From a virus (lineage: Duplodnaviria; Heunggongvirae; Uroviricota; Caudoviricetes), in the IMG/VR virus record IMGVR_UViG_3300042946_001496: 43,784 nucleotides of DNA; one strand, written 5' to 3'. The notes under the pieces are model-generated. The model was not told where the DNA came from. It was given only the letters and a program-made list of their open reading frames with translations, and did no database searches. Within the stretch, counting starts at the first letter, position 1. Every line of letters starts with the position of its first letter. The translations under genes were made by a program, and so were the position numbers. This document shows, one piece after another, positions 41,446 through 43,784 of this stretch.

Positions 41446-43784
41446 ATGTCTAATTCCTATGTAGAAAATGCATCTGTTTTTGGTTTAAATTTCAAAAAAA
41501 GCGTAAAACTGGCTACGACAGAGAATGTAGTTCTCAACGGTGCTGGTTATGCTTTTGACGGTGTCGTTGCAAATGTAGGAACAAGAATTCTTGTTAAAGA
41601 CCAAGATGATCCAAAAGAAAATGGAATATATGTCGTAAGATCTGGTTTATGGACTAGGAGTGATGACGCCAACTCCTCTTTAAGATTAGTGCCCTCTACT
41701 ATTGTTTTAGTTGAAGAAGGAGATATTAATCATAATACTACTTGGAGACTAGTTACTCCTAGTCCGATAGTCGTTGGTGTTACAGAATTAAGCTTTGTTG
41801 AAATGCTTGGGGCACAAGGAACACAAGGAACACAAGGAACACAAGGAACACAAGGAACACAAGGAACACAAGGAACACAAGGAACACAAGGAACACAAGG
41901 CACTCAGGGAACCCAAGGAACACAAGGCACACAAGGAACACAAGGAACTCAAGGAACACAAGGAGCTCAAGGAACTCAGGGCATACAAGGTATTCAGGGA
42001 ACTCAAGGCACACAAGGCACACAAGGAACCCAAGGAACACAAGGAACTCAAGGAACACAAGGAGCTCAAGGAACTCAAGGTATACAAGGTATTCAGGGTG
42101 TCCAAGGCACACAAGGAACACAAGGCACTCAAGGAACACAAGGCACACAAGGAACACAAGGCACACAAGGCACACAAGGAACTCAGGGAACACAAGGAAC
42201 TCAGGGAACACAAGGAACACAAGGAACTCAAGGCATACAAGGTATTCAGGGTGTCCAAGGAACACAAGGAACTCAGGGAACACAAGGAACACAAGGCACC
42301 CAAGGAACACAAGGCACCCAAGGAACACAAGGAACTCAAGGAGCACAAGGAACACAAGGTATACAAGGCATTCAGGGTGTCCAAGGCACACAAGGAACAC
42401 AAGGCATACAAGGCATTCAGGGTGTCCAAGGAACACAAGGAACACAAGGAACACAAGGAACACAAGGAACACAAGGAACACAAGGAACACAAGGAACACA
42501 AGGAACCCAAGGAACTCAAGGAACTCAAGGCATACAAGGTATTCAGGGAACCCAAGGAACACAAGGAACACAAGGAACACAAGGAACACAAGGAACACAA
42601 GGAACACAAGGAACACAAGGAACCCAAGGAACTCAAGGAACACAAGGAACCCAAGGAACTCAAGGTATACAAGGTATTCAGGGTGTCCAAGGAACACAAG
42701 GAACACAAGGAACACAAGGAACTCAAGGAACTCAAGGAACTCAAGGAACTCAAGGAACTCAAGGAACTCAGGGGATACAAGGTATTCAGGGAACTCAAGG
42801 CACACAAGGCACACAAGGCACACAAGGAACCCAAGGAACACAAGGCACACAAGGAACTCAGGGAACACAAGGAACTCAAGGTATACAAGGTATTCAGGGT
42901 GTCCAAGGCACACAAGGAACTCAAGGAACACAAGGCACACAAGGAACTCAAGGAACTCAAGGAACTCAAGGAGCCCAAGGAACCCAAGGAACCCAAGGAA
43001 CCCAAGGAGCACAAGGAACCCAAGGAACTCAAGGTATACAAGGTATTCAGGGTGTCCAAGGAACACAAGGAACACAAGGAACACAAGGAACTCAAGGAAC
43101 TCAGGGCATACAAGGTATTCAGGGAACCCAAGGAACACAAGGAACACAAGGAACTCAAGGAACTCAAGGAACTCAAGGAACTCAAGGAACTCAGGGCATA
43201 CAAGGTATTCAGGGAACTCAAGGCACACAAGGCACACAAGGCACACAAGGCACACAAGGCACACAAGGCACACAAGGCACACAAGGAACACAAGGAACAC
43301 AAGGCACACAAGGAACACAAGGAACTCAGGGAACTCAAGGAACTCAAGGAACTCAAGGAACTCAAGGTATACAAGGTATACAGGGTGTCCAAGGAACACA
43401 AGGAACCCAAGGAACCCAAGGAACACAAGGAACACAAGGAACCCAAGGAACCCAAGGAACTCAAGGAACTCAGGGAACTCAAGGAACTCAGGGAACTCAA
43501 GGAACTCAAGGAACTCAAGGAACTCAAGGTATACAAGGTATTCAGGGTGTCCAAGGAACACAAGGAACTCAGGGAACTCAAGGAACTCAGGGAACTCAAG
43601 GAACTCAAGGCACACAAGGCACACAAGGCACACAAGGAACACAAGGAACCCAAGGAACACAAGGAACCCAAGGAACCCAAGGAAATCAAGGAACTCAGGG
43701 AACTCAAGGAACTCAAGGAACTCAAGGCATACAAGGCATTCAGGGTGTCCAAGGAACACAAGGAACCCAAGGAACCCAAGGAAC
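41446..43784 (+). CDS. Collagen-like fibre/decoration protein (partial; no stop within window)
   Basis: ATG 41446; N-terminal KSVKLATTENV...DGV...RILVKDQ...ENGIYV...WTR.DD domain typical of phage fibre/decoration proteins; then Gly-X-Gln triplets from 41809 to the window end. Confidence 0.9.
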   Translation, partial: MSNSYVENASVFGLNFKKSVKLATTENVVLNGAGYAFDGVVANVGTRILVKDQDDPKENGIYVVRSGLWTRSDDANSSLRLVPSTIVLVEEGDINHNTTWRLVTPSPIVVGVTELSFVEMLGAQGTQGTQGTQGTQGTQGTQGTQGTQGTQGTQGTQGTQGTQGTQGTQGTQGAQGTQGIQGIQGTQGTQGTQGTQGTQGTQGTQGAQGTQGIQGIQGVQGTQGTQGTQGTQGTQGTQGTQGTQGTQGTQGTQGTQGTQGTQGIQGIQGVQGTQGTQGTQGTQGTQGTQGTQGTQGTQGAQGTQGIQGIQGVQGTQGTQGIQGIQGVQGTQGTQGTQGTQGTQGTQGTQGTQGTQGTQGTQGIQGIQGTQGTQGTQGTQGTQGTQGTQGTQGTQGTQGTQGTQGTQGIQGIQGVQGTQGTQGTQGTQGTQGTQGTQGTQGTQGIQGIQGTQGTQGTQGTQGTQGTQGTQGTQGTQGTQGIQGIQGVQGTQGTQGTQGTQGTQGTQGTQGAQGTQGTQGTQGAQGTQGTQGIQGIQGVQGTQGTQGTQGTQGTQGIQGIQGTQGTQGTQGTQGTQGTQGTQGTQGIQGIQGTQGTQGTQGTQGTQGTQGTQGTQGTQGTQGTQGTQGTQGTQGTQGTQGTQGIQGIQGVQGTQGTQGTQGTQGTQGTQGTQGTQGTQGTQGTQGTQGTQGTQGTQGIQGIQGVQGTQGTQGTQGTQGTQGTQGTQGTQGTQGTQGTQGTQGTQGTQGNQGTQGTQGTQGTQGIQGIQGVQGTQGTQGTQG
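41809..43784 (+). repeat. 9-bp-period collagen-coding repeat (about 219 triplets)
   Basis: GGA ACA CAA and variants; X = T, I, V, A, rarely N. Confidence 0.95.

Noticed and set aside
41780-43779. Two long minus-strand ORFs (659 and 663 aa)
   Set aside because: Shadows of the plus-strand collagen repeat; the real ORF (41446 onward) is absent from the track only because it has no stop in the window

Overview
This window reads as part of a large, AT-rich tailed-phage genome of the T4-like/jumbo type. Support: degenerate gp23-like and gp19-like ORFs, many ORFs starting with a T4-style capsid-targeting motif, three tRNAs, accessory metabolic genes and a collagen-like fibre gene. The genetic code looks standard and the host cannot be assigned. 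There are three zones. (1) 1-1.9 kb: four paralogous Cys-rich mini-genes and an AT-rich 8-copy repeat. (2) About 1.95-12.3 kb: a GC-richer array of promoter-terminator cassettes built on 33 copies of a (T)TGGTGGTACGCT extended -10 promoter (32 on +, 1 on -), most preceded by a conserved hairpin terminator. Cassettes carry a small ORF (including seven paralogous winged-HTH genes) or, in at least eight cases, an ORF-less, strongly base-paired RNA (kissing loop, H-type pseudoknot, a three-member family, and one RNA with a perfect 41-nt complement to another cassette's leader). (3) 12.6-43.8 kb: AT-rich genes including a GHKL-like ATPase operon, an HTH-capsid fusion, a tail-tube-like/HD fusion, tRNA-Thr and tRNA-Ser, putative head-packaged proteins (including a SNF2 ATPase and a Cys-His-Asp enzyme), GDP-fucose synthase, a phosphoribosyltransferase, GNAT, HNH and a collagen-like gene running off the window end. 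All family assignments come from motif recognition by eye; no searches or folding programs were run.
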